Source of the DNA: a virus | Direction: 5' to 3' (one strand) | Virus record (IMG/VR): IMGVR_UViG_3300035670_000040 | Location: 32,001-96,000 of that record | DNA: 64,000 bases | Part shown: in pieces, positions 10,115 to 20,165 of the stretch | How positions within the stretch are numbered: position 1 is the stretch's first letter | How the letters are laid out: the number at the start of each line of letters is the position of its first letter | Notes under the pieces: generated by a model | Told to the model about the DNA's origin: nothing | What the model saw: the letters and a program-made list of their open reading frames with translations, nothing else | The model's database searches: none | Program-made: the position numbers and the translations under genes

Positions 10115-10142
10115 ATTATAGATATTTTTTTGGTAAAAGCAA
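10115..10142 (-). promoter_or_regulatory. Sigma70-like promoter for uvsX
   Basis: Minus strand TTGCTT-N16-TATAAT, 12 nt upstream of the uvsX ATG and directly after the terminator. Confidence 0.6.
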
Positions 10143-10145
10143 GAA

Positions 10146-10180
10146 ATAAAAAACCCCGATTTAAAATCGGGGTTTTTTAT
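10146..10180. terminator. Intrinsic, potentially bidirectional terminator
   Basis: Perfect 17-bp inverted repeat ATAAAAAACCCCGATTT-A-AAATCGGGGTTTTTTAT with T6 tracts on both strands, in an intergenic gap. Confidence 0.85.
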
Positions 10181-10201
10181 GCCTTATGTCAATACTAAAT
10201 T

Positions 10202-10591
10202 CTATTCATCAAATAGCTTAATAACATCTGGTCCCTTGTTTTCTGGAGTGGTTATTCCTTGATTTGATGGTACATATAAATTACTCTTATTGAAGATTTG
10301 AGAATATTGAGCCTGTAATCTAAAGTCAATTGCTTCTATGTCTGTAGTTGTTATAGTTTCCTTATTATAAGAAAGAACAACATCAGATTCTTTTTCTGCT
10401 AAGAATTCTCTAAAAAACAGAGGAAATAGCTGAATAGACATTCTATTATCCGGTGTTGGAACCGTAGATAGAATTACTGGATTCTTAACATTTAATTTAC
10501 TTTCATCTTCAGATGAAAGTTCTCCAAGAATTGTTCTTCCTACATAATCTAGAAAAACTACTATTTTTTTATTTGTTTGTGTATCACTCAT
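10202..10591 (-). CDS. Small Sm/LSm-like beta-barrel protein
   Basis: VVFLDYVGRTILGEL...LNVKNPVIL...IQLFP pattern resembles the Sm-like proteins of T4-like phages; ends VIKLFDE. Confidence 0.55.
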   Translation of the reverse strand: MSDTQTNKKIVVFLDYVGRTILGELSSEDESKLNVKNPVILSTVPTPDNRMSIQLFPLFFREFLAEKESDVVLSYNKETITTTDIEAIDFRLQAQYSQIFNKSNLYVPSNQGITTPENKGPDVIKLFDE

Positions 10592-10603
10592 ATTAGACTT
10601 TAT

Positions 10604-10631
10604 AGTTTATATAAACAAAATAAAAAGTCAA
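10604..10631 (-). promoter_or_regulatory. Sigma70-like promoter
   Basis: Minus strand TTGACT-N16-TAAACT upstream of the 10591 ATG. Confidence 0.6.
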
Positions 10632-10635
10632 CATA

Positions 10636-13218
10636 TTAATCATAATCTTCTGAAAAAAGTTTTGTTATATCTGTTTCATAATTGCATGTAAGTGATGGAA
10701 AACTCCATCCTATACATGAATAAATTCTTTCTAATGGAGGAGATACAGTTTTTTTGAACATTTTTTCGTAATCAGGGACAATATCTTTTTTTATTTCTTC
10801 TGGAAAAACTTCATTATAGGAAATAACATTTATGTTGTATTTGTTTTTGGAAACATAAAAGATTTTAACCTTGTTTCCGCTAGAAATTTTTTCATATAAA
10901 TGTTCTATGTTATAACTTTTTAAAAGATTGTTAAAGTATATTGATGCTTTTACATGATTAGGAGTTGCTTTAGGTGTTTTAAATCCAACTGTTATAGATT
11001 CATATTTTGAAATATCTGTAATTTTTTTTCTTGTAGAAATTAAATTTATATCCATCTCTAAGAACTTTTTATATGATTCTATAAAAATATTATCAGATTC
11101 TTTTTTATCTTCTGATAAAATAATTGATTCAACAACGTTTCTAATCAAGTCCTTTACTTCATTTGACATTGTTGATTTAGCCAACTCCACTCCTTTATAT
11201 ATAAATTGTTTTTTTGGTTTTGTTCCTTCTTTATCAATTACATGAAGAATATACATTTTCTTCTCAAGAAACAATCCTTTATCACAAATTGTTTCTCTCT
11301 TAAAAACAAACCTTGGATCTATTGAATTATGTTTCTGTTTTGACCAAATTATAATTTCTTTATTTAATTTTTTATCAATTTCATCTATTATTTGTTTAGC
11401 TAGGGGTGTTACTTCTTTATTATCATCCAACAATAAGGAATTTTCCTTTTTTAATAAAGGATCTATTGTAAAAAAAATACTATCCGTATCAGAATATAGA
11501 TATACACCATTTTTTTCTCCATCAAATCCTCTTTCTTTCATGTAATCAAAAACAATATCGGATGCTTTTTTGATGACTGATTGACCAGTCATTGTTACAC
11601 TCGCAGAATGATCAATATCATATAGGGGAGAGAACTTTTGAGCAAAAGTTCCATAAATAGAATTCAAAACAAGTTTGTAAACATTTTGCTGTGTGTCCAA
11701 GTCTTGAATTTTTTGCTTAATTTTTTGTTTTTCGGCTTTATCGGTTATATTAGAACTTTCTTTCTGATATTTTTGCATCTCATTTTTAGCATCCACCCTT
11801 TGTTTGTATAATTTATCAATATAACAGGGAACTACACCCTTTGTTTTTTGTGTATACAATACATCATAATCAGAAATACATATTTTTTCTCTTTCAACTA
11901 ATTTTAAAAATTTTTCTTTTGATAAAGAGATTATTTTACCATTAATTAAAGATAATTTGTATTCGTCATCTGTTTTTTCTAAAATTTTTCCTATTTTAGT
12001 TTCAGGTGAAATATTTAATGTAATAATTGTATTGGGATATAGACTATTGGCATCATAACTAACCAGTGACTTCTGTAATCCTCTTTCTGGATCATGTACA
12101 TACCCTCCAACATATTCTTGTTTTTCATGATCTGATTTAAATGTTGGAATCATCTTACCCTGCAATAATGCCTCATGTGCAATTGCTCCTGTAATCATAG
12201 AAACCTTACCAGTAGCCTTTTCAAATGGGATAAACCCTTTATATGATAAGTTTCTTACCAAATCCAAATATTTCAATGTTTCTTCTAGTTTTACAAGAAG
12301 TCTTACGTCTTGAATATTATATTTTACAAATGTATTCCAGTCAGATTCTGCTAATTCTGCTAAATTACCTGTTCCAAAATCAATTTTTCCTTCTTTTAGT
12401 TCTTTCTCAGCAATAAAATTCAGACTATATGACTCAGAATCGCCTCTAGAAAAGGCTTTATAGATAATCATGTAGTCTAGATTGGAAACTCCAGAAATAT
12501 ACCACTTATCAAATGGTTTGTTGTACTTGTTTATAACAACACCTTCTCTACAATAAACATTTTGAATAGGAGAAAGTCTATTATATTCGTCTCCCTTAAA
12601 TTGTTTAATCCTATTAATGAGATAAGGGACATCGAATGTTTCTGTATTCCATCCACACATTATATCTGGTGGATCTTTTTCCCAAAACTGTAAGAATTTT
12701 TCTAATAATTCGTATTCGTTCTCACAAAAATAATAAATTTCATTTGATTCTTTTGAGGAATACTTTTTTGTACCCCAACTATAATACTTCTTTTTTAAAG
12801 AATCATATATGGTTATTAAATTTATAGGATCTTCTGCCTGAGAAGGTTCCGGAAATTTTTCTGGGCTAAAAGTTTCCAAATCCCAAAAATATATTTTCAA
12901 AGGAAAGCCTGATAAATCTTTTGTTTTCTGATCTTCTCTGAATGTATTGATTAAAAAATCTTGTTCTACATTCAAATTTTGAAAAATTCTTTTTATAGGT
13001 GTTTCATTTACAAATTTATTTCTATAATAATTGTTTTTGAATGTAAGTTTTTTTAATTTTGTATTAAAAATAGAAATTCCATCAGTTTTTTCATTACTTT
13101 CAATATATAAACTAGGTTCGTAGGATGTTTCGATTTTTATTCTATTACCATCCTCATCCCAAGTCCAAAGATTAATGCATCCGTCTTTATTATTATATGC
13201 TACGTTTCGATAAGCCAT
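10636..13218 (-). CDS. gp43: Family B DNA polymerase (T4 gp43-like)
   Basis: Exonuclease motifs WDLET, GWNTETFDVPY, YNIQD; polymerase motifs DANSLYP, KLVLNSIYG, YSDTDS, KKMY, KGVE. Confidence 0.97.
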   Translation of the reverse strand: MAYRNVAYNNKDGCINLWTWDEDGNRIKIETSYEPSLYIESNEKTDGISIFNTKLKKLTFKNNYYRNKFVNETPIKRIFQNLNVEQDFLINTFREDQKTKDLSGFPLKIYFWDLETFSPEKFPEPSQAEDPINLITIYDSLKKKYYSWGTKKYSSKESNEIYYFCENEYELLEKFLQFWEKDPPDIMCGWNTETFDVPYLINRIKQFKGDEYNRLSPIQNVYCREGVVINKYNKPFDKWYISGVSNLDYMIIYKAFSRGDSESYSLNFIAEKELKEGKIDFGTGNLAELAESDWNTFVKYNIQDVRLLVKLEETLKYLDLVRNLSYKGFIPFEKATGKVSMITGAIAHEALLQGKMIPTFKSDHEKQEYVGGYVHDPERGLQKSLVSYDANSLYPNTIITLNISPETKIGKILEKTDDEYKLSLINGKIISLSKEKFLKLVEREKICISDYDVLYTQKTKGVVPCYIDKLYKQRVDAKNEMQKYQKESSNITDKAEKQKIKQKIQDLDTQQNVYKLVLNSIYGTFAQKFSPLYDIDHSASVTMTGQSVIKKASDIVFDYMKERGFDGEKNGVYLYSDTDSIFFTIDPLLKKENSLLLDDNKEVTPLAKQIIDEIDKKLNKEIIIWSKQKHNSIDPRFVFKRETICDKGLFLEKKMYILHVIDKEGTKPKKQFIYKGVELAKSTMSNEVKDLIRNVVESIILSEDKKESDNIFIESYKKFLEMDINLISTRKKITDISKYESITVGFKTPKATPNHVKASIYFNNLLKSYNIEHLYEKISSGNKVKIFYVSKNKYNINVISYNEVFPEEIKKDIVPDYEKMFKKTVSPPLERIYSCIGWSFPSLTCNYETDITKLFSEDYD

Positions 13219-13226
13219 GAGTTGGC

Positions 13227-14528
13227 TTATATTATCTGATCTTTATTTAGTAAAGTCAAGTTAGGATATTTTTCATTTCTCTCTTTTGACCCCCATCCAG
13301 TCAAATAAAGACCTTCATATAGATCCATATGATCTTCTAACCACATTGTTTCAGCAAAATCTCTGGCTTTCTTTGATTCTTTCATATAAACATTTACATC
13401 AGATGTTAAATGTTCCAACATACCTACTAAATCTCTTCCTGTTTTGAATTTGTTTTGAGATAATTCATAGGTACATAAGTCTTGGTATGCACCAGGTATT
13501 CCGAGAGCACCAGCTTCTATCATTTTAATATTACTCTTTGATTTATTAAAGATATTATCAACCAAAGGAGCAAAAGTAACATTACAATTCGCATCTACTA
13601 GACCTTGTGGGTACTCTGGTAACACAGACCAGTCTAAATACTCCATTTCTCCATTGTCTATAAATGGTTTTACTGCTAATGGGTAACATCCCTTCCAAAC
13701 AAACTTAAATTTCTTTCTTGCTTTGATAATTTCATCAACTACATGACCGAAATCGTCTTTCATACCCGTTCTATTCAAAACATCTATATGTGTACCTGAT
13801 CCAGAATAAAGAACTCTTGGTCTTTTCTTGTTCTTCTCAAAGTTTTTGAGAAGTTTTTGAGAGTCGTACATTCTATCAAGCCAAAATTTCGGCGCGTAAT
13901 TAGGAATAACTGTTATATTCTTATTTCCTGTCTTTTCTATATAATAATCTTTCATGAATTGACAAGTTACAGTCATTTCATCCATCATTCCTATGATTTC
14001 TAAAATATTTTTTACAATTTTTTCATCATTAAATGCGTCCTTGCATCTATTGTAATCAGGAATATCTTCTCTAAAAACAATATCATCAACTTCATAAATA
14101 AGTCTAAGATCAATAGATTTTTTAATTTTATTAAGTTCTTTGATAAAAGATAATTGATGTTCAGTTGCTTGTCTTTGGAATCTAACGGCTTTTAGAGATT
14201 GGTAAAACCTGACATCTAAAATCATTTGTGTCATTCCAGAACAAACTGCTTTTTGATAAAAATTTAAAAGATATTCTGGCCATATCATTCTCCAGAATCC
14301 ACATCCACCATAGTCAGCATAATAATTTAAGACTCTAGGAAGACTGGATTCTGGCATTTCAATTGGTGCTGGTGTAGGAATCTTTATAGGGAAAAGATGA
14401 ACATAAAAATAATTTAATAAATTATTTTGAGTCCCAACAGGAGGAAACGGGATTTCTTTCTTAAGAACATTAAATCCATATGTAACTCTTCTATCAGAAT
14501 TTTCTTCTTTTTTTATTTTTAAAGCCAT
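13227..14528 (-). CDS. GT-B fold glycosyltransferase
   Basis: DYGGCGFWRMIWP, YEVDD, TVTCQFMKDYY, VIPN, APLVDNIFNKSKSNIKMIEAGALGIP (GT4-like donor-binding segment). Confidence 0.85.
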   Translation of the reverse strand: MALKIKKEENSDRRVTYGFNVLKKEIPFPPVGTQNNLLNYFYVHLFPIKIPTPAPIEMPESSLPRVLNYYADYGGCGFWRMIWPEYLLNFYQKAVCSGMTQMILDVRFYQSLKAVRFQRQATEHQLSFIKELNKIKKSIDLRLIYEVDDIVFREDIPDYNRCKDAFNDEKIVKNILEIIGMMDEMTVTCQFMKDYYIEKTGNKNITVIPNYAPKFWLDRMYDSQKLLKNFEKNKKRPRVLYSGSGTHIDVLNRTGMKDDFGHVVDEIIKARKKFKFVWKGCYPLAVKPFIDNGEMEYLDWSVLPEYPQGLVDANCNVTFAPLVDNIFNKSKSNIKMIEAGALGIPGAYQDLCTYELSQNKFKTGRDLVGMLEHLTSDVNVYMKESKKARDFAETMWLEDHMDLYEGLYLTGWGSKERNEKYPNLTLLNKDQII

Positions 14529-14539
14529 AATTGTGATAT

Positions 14540-14567
14540 ATTATATCAAGTAATTTATAAAAATCAA
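14540..14567 (-). promoter_or_regulatory. Sigma70-like promoter with extended -10 for the GT-gp43 unit
   Basis: Minus strand TTGATT-N16-TATAAT with TG one base before the -10; 11 nt to the ATG. Confidence 0.65.
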
Positions 14568-16369
14568 ATTACTATTCTTGTTTTCCCGTTTATTTTTTCC
14601 AAAGTTATAACATTATCTATATTGTTTTTAGAAACAGAAGGATTGTGTGAAATAATATATATTGATTCTTTGTATTTTTCGGATTTTTCTTTTAAAATCT
14701 CCAATACTTTGTTTGTTCCGATTTCATCCAATGCTGAATCAAAAAGTTCATCATACATATTAAGTGAATAATATATACCAGACTGTGATTTAAGTATGTC
14801 CTGAAATGTAAAAAGTATTGAAATATCTATTCTTTTTCTTTCTCCTCCACTAAAATTAAAATAAGAGCATTCTTTTTTGTTCTCATTTATAATTGTTTCG
14901 TCAAAATATTCATCAAAGGTACATGTACATGGTGCTTCTAGTCTTTTTAAATAAAAATTCAATTTATTATTGAAGAAAACAAGAAGTTTTTTAATAATAT
15001 GTGTCTTAACACCCTCCTCTGAAACAATAAGTTTTGAATTTTCTAGAATATTCAGTGTTTTTTGTTGATTTGTAAGTTTTTCTTCTATTTCTTTTACGGA
15101 TTGTTCTATTTCTTTTATTTTTTCTTCTGTATGATCCTTTTCTTGTAGTAAACTATCTATAGATTCTTGAATTTCCGAATTTTTGTCATTAATTGTAGAA
15201 TTCTCCTTTATTAAAACATCTATATTTGTTATTTTTTGATTAAATGTTTTATATAAATCATTTAATTCTCTTTGTTTTTTGATAAAATTATTTTTTTCAT
15301 TTAAAATTTCATGTCTTTGTTTTGATATATTATCAAATTCTTGTTTTTTTGTGTTTTTATCATCAGATAATTGATTTAAATGTTCTTCTATAGAAGAATC
15401 GTCTTCATCCGACAGTTTTTTCTTACATGTTGGACATATTCCTGTTTTATTCTTTAATGATTTTATTTGTTTTTCTATATTTTCAATTTCAGTATGAAAA
15501 ACTGCTTCTTTTTTGGAAGCATCCAGCAATGAGTCAGCTATTTTTGATACTTTTTCTTCTATTTTTTTAATAGCACTTTCAGTTTTTTTCAAAGATTCCT
15601 CCAATTTACTTTTTGTGTCTAAAAGTGTTTGATTTTTATTTGTTTTTAACTTTTCTTCGTTTTCTTTTATTTTATTTTTTAAAGTTTCAATTTTTTGATC
15701 CTTTATTTGTTGGTTTTTTAATTTTTGTTCTTTAAAAAAAGAAATTGTTTTTTGTTTTTCTGAAAAAAGGCTGGAAGAAATATCATATTCTTTTTTTAAG
15801 TCATTGTAATCCTGCCTAACATTAGAAAGCATCTCACTAAAAACGTTTATTTGAAGAATACTTTCAATAAATTTTCTTTTTTCCACTTTCTTCTGAGCCA
15901 TGAATGGAATAGTATTGTCTAATGACATTATTACAGAGTTTCTAAACAACTCTTCATTTGCTCCTATAAGTTCTATTATGGCTTCGTCTGTTTTTTGAAT
16001 GGTAGAGTATGTTGTATCGACTTCTTTCTTATACAAATGAACTTTACTTGGATTTAAACTTCTTTCTATCTTGTATTCTGTAGTTTTACCGTCTAATGGC
16101 GTTAAGTCAAATTCCAATTCAACCAAACAAGTTTCTTTAGAATGATTGTGAACAATTTTGTCTTTTTTGATATCTCTTATAGTATTTCCGAAGATAACCC
16201 AATATAAGGCATCTAAAATTGTGGTTTTTCCACAACCATTTTTACTTTGTTTATCTTTATTTTCCCCTGTTATAAGAAAAATTCCTTTTTTAAGAGACAA
16301 TTCTAATTCATCATCACCAACAGATAAAAAATTTTTAATTTTTAATTTTTTAAATAAAATTTTTTTCAT
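14564..16369 (-). CDS. gp46: Recombination ATPase subunit (gp46/Rad50/SbcC)
   Basis: KNFLSVG, NGCGKTT, zinc hook CPTC in coiled coil, signature FSGGE, Walker B YDELFD, IISH. Confidence 0.95.
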   Translation of the reverse strand: MKKILFKKLKIKNFLSVGDDELELSLKKGIFLITGENKDKQSKNGCGKTTILDALYWVIFGNTIRDIKKDKIVHNHSKETCLVELEFDLTPLDGKTTEYKIERSLNPSKVHLYKKEVDTTYSTIQKTDEAIIELIGANEELFRNSVIMSLDNTIPFMAQKKVEKRKFIESILQINVFSEMLSNVRQDYNDLKKEYDISSSLFSEKQKTISFFKEQKLKNQQIKDQKIETLKNKIKENEEKLKTNKNQTLLDTKSKLEESLKKTESAIKKIEEKVSKIADSLLDASKKEAVFHTEIENIEKQIKSLKNKTGICPTCKKKLSDEDDSSIEEHLNQLSDDKNTKKQEFDNISKQRHEILNEKNNFIKKQRELNDLYKTFNQKITNIDVLIKENSTINDKNSEIQESIDSLLQEKDHTEEKIKEIEQSVKEIEEKLTNQQKTLNILENSKLIVSEEGVKTHIIKKLLVFFNNKLNFYLKRLEAPCTCTFDEYFDETIINENKKECSYFNFSGGERKRIDISILFTFQDILKSQSGIYYSLNMYDELFDSALDEIGTNKVLEILKEKSEKYKESIYIISHNPSVSKNNIDNVITLEKINGKTRIVI

Positions 16370-16381
16370 TATATTATGTAT

Positions 16382-16410
16382 AATATAACATATGTTTTTA
16401 ATATATTCAA
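16382..16410 (-). promoter_or_regulatory. Sigma70-like promoter for gp46
   Basis: Minus strand TTGAAT-N17-TATATT with TG extension, between the glycan island and gp46. Confidence 0.55.
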
Positions 16411-16417
16411 CAATATA

Positions 16418-17140
16418 TTAAAAACAACTAAAATTAGAATAATATAAATTATCTAAACGATAATGAATTGAATCCAAACCTTCGCATAACTCTATTATTC
16501 TTGGTTTGTTTAATGATGATGCTATTGTGGTAGGAGAACTTTGATTTCCCAAAAACAACTTACAGCTATTAATTTTTATAAAAAAATCATATAAACAAGA
16601 CACTTTTAACATTTCTACGTTGTTTTTAAATTTAAAATTATTATATTGTTCTTCATCAAAACATATAAATTTTGCATTTTGATTATTTTTAATAATTTCT
16701 TCATATTTTTTAGAAGATTTCTGAGTTAATGGTATTCTAACAGATCTATTAATTAATAAGACATCTTTTAAAGAATCATCTTTTTCTGAAATTTCTATCC
16801 ATTTATAATCTTTAGGTGTGTTTTTTTCATTTAAAAATGTTTTTAAAAAAATATTCAACCAATTATCTCTATATAAAAGATTAGAATATCTAAATGATAC
16901 AAGATTTATATCAATACTCTGATTGTCATATATTTCAAAACTTTCAAACCAATCCTGTTTCTTTAAAACAGGGTATAAATCATTATAAGTGAAATCTAAT
17001 CCTTTTTCAAAATTACAACCGATATTACTTAAAAATATTTTTGCTTTAAAACCGGAAATCTCATAGTTTCTTTTGCATACCATCAAACTATTAATAAAAT
17101 CACCTAGTTTTGGACCTGTTAAATAACTTTTACTTACCAT
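16418..17140 (-). CDS. GT9-like (heptosyltransferase-fold) glycosyltransferase
   Basis: N-terminal KLGDFI and C-terminal LFLGNQSSPTTIASSLNKP echo GT9 xGD and G-x-DSGP-x-H-x-A motifs. Confidence 0.6.
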   Translation of the reverse strand: MVSKSYLTGPKLGDFINSLMVCKRNYEISGFKAKIFLSNIGCNFEKGLDFTYNDLYPVLKKQDWFESFEIYDNQSIDINLVSFRYSNLLYRDNWLNIFLKTFLNEKNTPKDYKWIEISEKDDSLKDVLLINRSVRIPLTQKSSKKYEEIIKNNQNAKFICFDEEQYNNFKFKNNVEMLKVSCLYDFFIKINSCKLFLGNQSSPTTIASSLNKPRIIELCEGLDSIHYRLDNLYYSNFSCF

Positions 17141-17381
17141 ACATTTTAGTAGATCCTTGTTTATATAACTTTTGTGGTTTTCCTGATACGATTAACTCGT
17201 TGATTTTTTCATCTATTTCTTGAATCAAATCAGTTCTGAAAGAATTTGCCACATTTGTTACTCTAGTAGCATCTGCAATTTGTTTATCAGAAGCATTTTT
17301 ATCTCTCTTAATATCTTCTGCCATCCAAATCCTAATATTAGTAATAGTTAATTTGTCAATTAAATTTCCGATTGTATCCAT
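17130..17381 (-). CDS. DUF4254-like small helical protein
   Basis: TIGNLIDKLTITNIRIW-x2-ED...N-x2-R-x-DLIQEID pattern. Confidence 0.6.
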   Translation of the reverse strand: MDTIGNLIDKLTITNIRIWMAEDIKRDKNASDKQIADATRVTNVANSFRTDLIQEIDEKINELIVSGKPQKLYKQGSTKMYGK

Positions 17382-17995
17382 ATTTTATTTCCTTCTATAA
17401 AATTTGAATTAATATACCAATCTTCGTATGGTTTATTATTCCATTCTGGATTAGAATCCAGACATACTGCATTTTCTACAACTCTAGTATACCCTTTACT
17501 TGTTAGTAAATCAAATATTTTGTTTTTTTGTTCAGATCCAGAACAATATAAATTATGTTCAATTGTCATTAATTTAAACTTCCATTTATTAAAATCTATA
17601 GTATTTAATATAGTAAATTCGTGACCTTCCACGTCTAAAGACAGATAATCTATGGTATCGTCTTTTAAATTTTTTTCTAAAACATCATTTAGAATAAAAC
17701 AAGGAGTTTTAATTCCTTGTTTTGTTATTTTATCAGATGAAAAATAACATTCTCCATTATTATCAGATATAGCACCATAAATATTGATACAATTTCTGTT
17801 TTTAATTAGATTTTGATATACTGAATAGTTTGCCTCTATACATAATCCACTCCAGTTATAATATTTTTCTAAACAATAGGTATTGCTTGTTTGTATTCCA
17901 TCATAAGCTCCAATGTCAACAAAGACTCCGTTAGTTTTATATAATAGATTTTCAAGAACCCATTTGTCTTGTTTTGATTGAGAGAAGTATTTCAT
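17360..17995 (-). CDS. FkbM-family SAM-dependent methyltransferase
   Basis: YFSQ-x2-QD, FVDIGAYDG-x3-SNT, WSGLCIEAN, IDYLSLDVEGHE, IEHN. Confidence 0.9.
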   Translation of the reverse strand: MKYFSQSKQDKWVLENLLYKTNGVFVDIGAYDGIQTSNTYCLEKYYNWSGLCIEANYSVYQNLIKNRNCINIYGAISDNNGECYFSSDKITKQGIKTPCFILNDVLEKNLKDDTIDYLSLDVEGHEFTILNTIDFNKWKFKLMTIEHNLYCSGSEQKNKIFDLLTSKGYTRVVENAVCLDSNPEWNNKPYEDWYINSNFIEGNKIWIQSEI

Positions 17996-18912
17996 AAATT
18001 TGTTATAATACTATATAAATTATCTCTAAATTTTATATTATTCCATTTAGATCTATAATATCTTACATTATCCAATCCAGAATCCATAATTTGTTTCAAA
18101 TTAAAGTTATTTGATATTGAGATATTTGGAGTTTCTGTTGTTATATGACGAAACATATACGAATTGTTAACAGCCAATGGAGTATCTACACTAATAGCAT
18201 AGTCTATTACAGATGACAGACCTCTTCCATGCATCTCGTCATATAAAAAGACATTTAAAGAATTAGAATTTAAAAATTTTAAAATATCATTATCAGATAA
18301 AAAATTTGTAGTAAAAACAACAGATACGTTTGGATTTGTTATTTTATTTTTACATCTTTCTATTATATTATTTGTAGTATTACCGCTATAATCTCCAAAA
18401 AAAGGATTTGTTATATGTAATTTTATAATAGCTTTATTAAATGTCTGAGATACTAATTCACAAATTTTTTCAAATCCTTTATTATCGAAACCAAAACCAA
18501 AACTTCCTATTACTGGAACTTCATTTGTTTCTTTTTTTAAAGAAAAATCAAAGATTGGTCTAATTAAAGGATAAATTCTTTCAGAAGGATTAAAAGACAT
18601 ATCTGCTGTTAAATAACCATCACTGTGTAAATTATAAGGATAAGTTAATTCATGAAAAATAAAAAGCTGTTTTTTATTTTTTAATTGTTCTGTTTTTTGT
18701 CTAGACAACCATTTCATCGTTGCCGTGTGCCAGTTATAAATTATAATATCTGGATTATGTATTGATAAAATAGAATCAAAATCTTCTACATTATTTGTTT
18801 CTAAGTTTAGAAATTCATACCTAGATTCATTTTGTAAAATATTTTTTATTCTTTTTCCATACTGATATACACCACATTCAAAAATTTTGCTATTTACTAA
18901 TAAAACTTTCAC
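17992..18912 (-). CDS. GT-B (GT4-like) glycosyltransferase
   Basis: CGVYQYG, FHE, IGSFGFGFDNKGFE, FLY...GLSSVIDYAISVDTP. Confidence 0.75.
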   Translation of the reverse strand: MKVLLVNSKIFECGVYQYGKRIKNILQNESRYEFLNLETNNVEDFDSILSIHNPDIIIYNWHTATMKWLSRQKTEQLKNKKQLFIFHELTYPYNLHSDGYLTADMSFNPSERIYPLIRPIFDFSLKKETNEVPVIGSFGFGFDNKGFEKICELVSQTFNKAIIKLHITNPFFGDYSGNTTNNIIERCKNKITNPNVSVVFTTNFLSDNDILKFLNSNSLNVFLYDEMHGRGLSSVIDYAISVDTPLAVNNSYMFRHITTETPNISISNNFNLKQIMDSGLDNVRYYRSKWNNIKFRDNLYSIITNL

Positions 18913-20141
18913 TTAGAAATAATTTGAAATTTAGGACAAGGAACAATAAAAGAACCACCAGAAGATAAAAAATCATCTTCTCTTTTTATAAACTCATTGA
19001 TAAAATGCCAAGGTAAAACCAACATATAATCAGGATTCATTTCTCTAACTTCTTCCTCTGATTTAATTGGTATATTAGTTCCTATTGTTTTTAACCCAAA
19101 CTTATAATGGCTTCTTTCTGCTATGGCATCAATTAATGTATTATCTAATCCAAAATATTGAAGAAGAGTATTTCCTTTTGTAGATGCTCCATAACCACAA
19201 ATAATTTTTCCTTTTTCTTTTTCTGATTTTATAAAAGAAACAGTTTGTTCTTTTAACTTTTGAATATTATCGTAAAAATCAAGCCATGTTTTTTCACTAT
19301 TAATTCCTGTTTCTTTTTCCCATATTAATAAGGACTCTATTCTTGTATTACAAATATCACGATATGGTGCTGTAGAAAATTTAAGAATATCACTATTCTT
19401 CTTTTTAATATAAATTCTAAAACTTCCTCCATTTACATCATTTAATTGACAATCTACAATTTTAAAATTAGCTTCTGTTAAAAGTTTATTTATAGATTCT
19501 AAAGACCAATAATATACATGCTCATGGCAAATATTATCAAATGCCAGTTGTTTTATCATTAATGGTGTGTAACTCATTTGTAAAACAAAAATACCATCAT
19601 CATCTAAAACATCATAAACATCATTTAAAAAGTTTATAGGTTCATCTAGATCATAAAACATTGCTATACATGTTATAACATTAGCTTTTTGGTTTTTAAA
19701 TTTTGATTTATTGAAATTTTCTAATGTAAAATAATCTTGAATTATTTGATCAGCTATTTTTTCGGATTCTTGTTTAAAAGAGTCTTCTGCTGGATCAATT
19801 CCTAACTTTTTAAATGTTTTAGGAACATAACTTAATAAAGTTCCATCATTACACGCTATATCTAACCACAAATCATTTTCTTTAAAATTTTGCAAAGAAA
19901 TTATGCTGTCAACAATTCCGCTTAATTCCCTTTTCATGGTAGAATTAATTCCGCTTCTATACCAATACTTTCCAAACATTGAATGAATTGGTGTTGTTTT
20001 GTTTAATCTTGCTGAACCATATCTTTCATCTATTACTAAAGTCAAATCATGCTTTCCTGCTCTTGCATCTGAATCTTTATCTATAAAATCGGATACATAT
20101 AAATCACCCAAACTAAATAATTTTTTATTAAATTCTATCAT
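18909..20141 (-). CDS. NDP-sugar C-methyltransferase (class I SAM)
   Basis: YWYRSG, LDIACNDGTLL, GIDP, FDNICHEH-x-YYWS, NGGSFR, GYGASTKGNTLL, VLPWHF, GGSFIVPCP. Confidence 0.88.
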   Translation of the reverse strand: MIEFNKKLFSLGDLYVSDFIDKDSDARAGKHDLTLVIDERYGSARLNKTTPIHSMFGKYWYRSGINSTMKRELSGIVDSIISLQNFKENDLWLDIACNDGTLLSYVPKTFKKLGIDPAEDSFKQESEKIADQIIQDYFTLENFNKSKFKNQKANVITCIAMFYDLDEPINFLNDVYDVLDDDGIFVLQMSYTPLMIKQLAFDNICHEHVYYWSLESINKLLTEANFKIVDCQLNDVNGGSFRIYIKKKNSDILKFSTAPYRDICNTRIESLLIWEKETGINSEKTWLDFYDNIQKLKEQTVSFIKSEKEKGKIICGYGASTKGNTLLQYFGLDNTLIDAIAERSHYKFGLKTIGTNIPIKSEEEVREMNPDYMLVLPWHFINEFIKREDDFLSSGGSFIVPCPKFQIISK

Positions 20142-20165
20142 ATAATATATATTAATTGTTGTTTA

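Noticed and set aside
10146-10180. Palindrome as replication origin or operator
   Set aside because: GC stem flanked by T tracts right after a stop codon is sufficiently explained as an intrinsic terminator.
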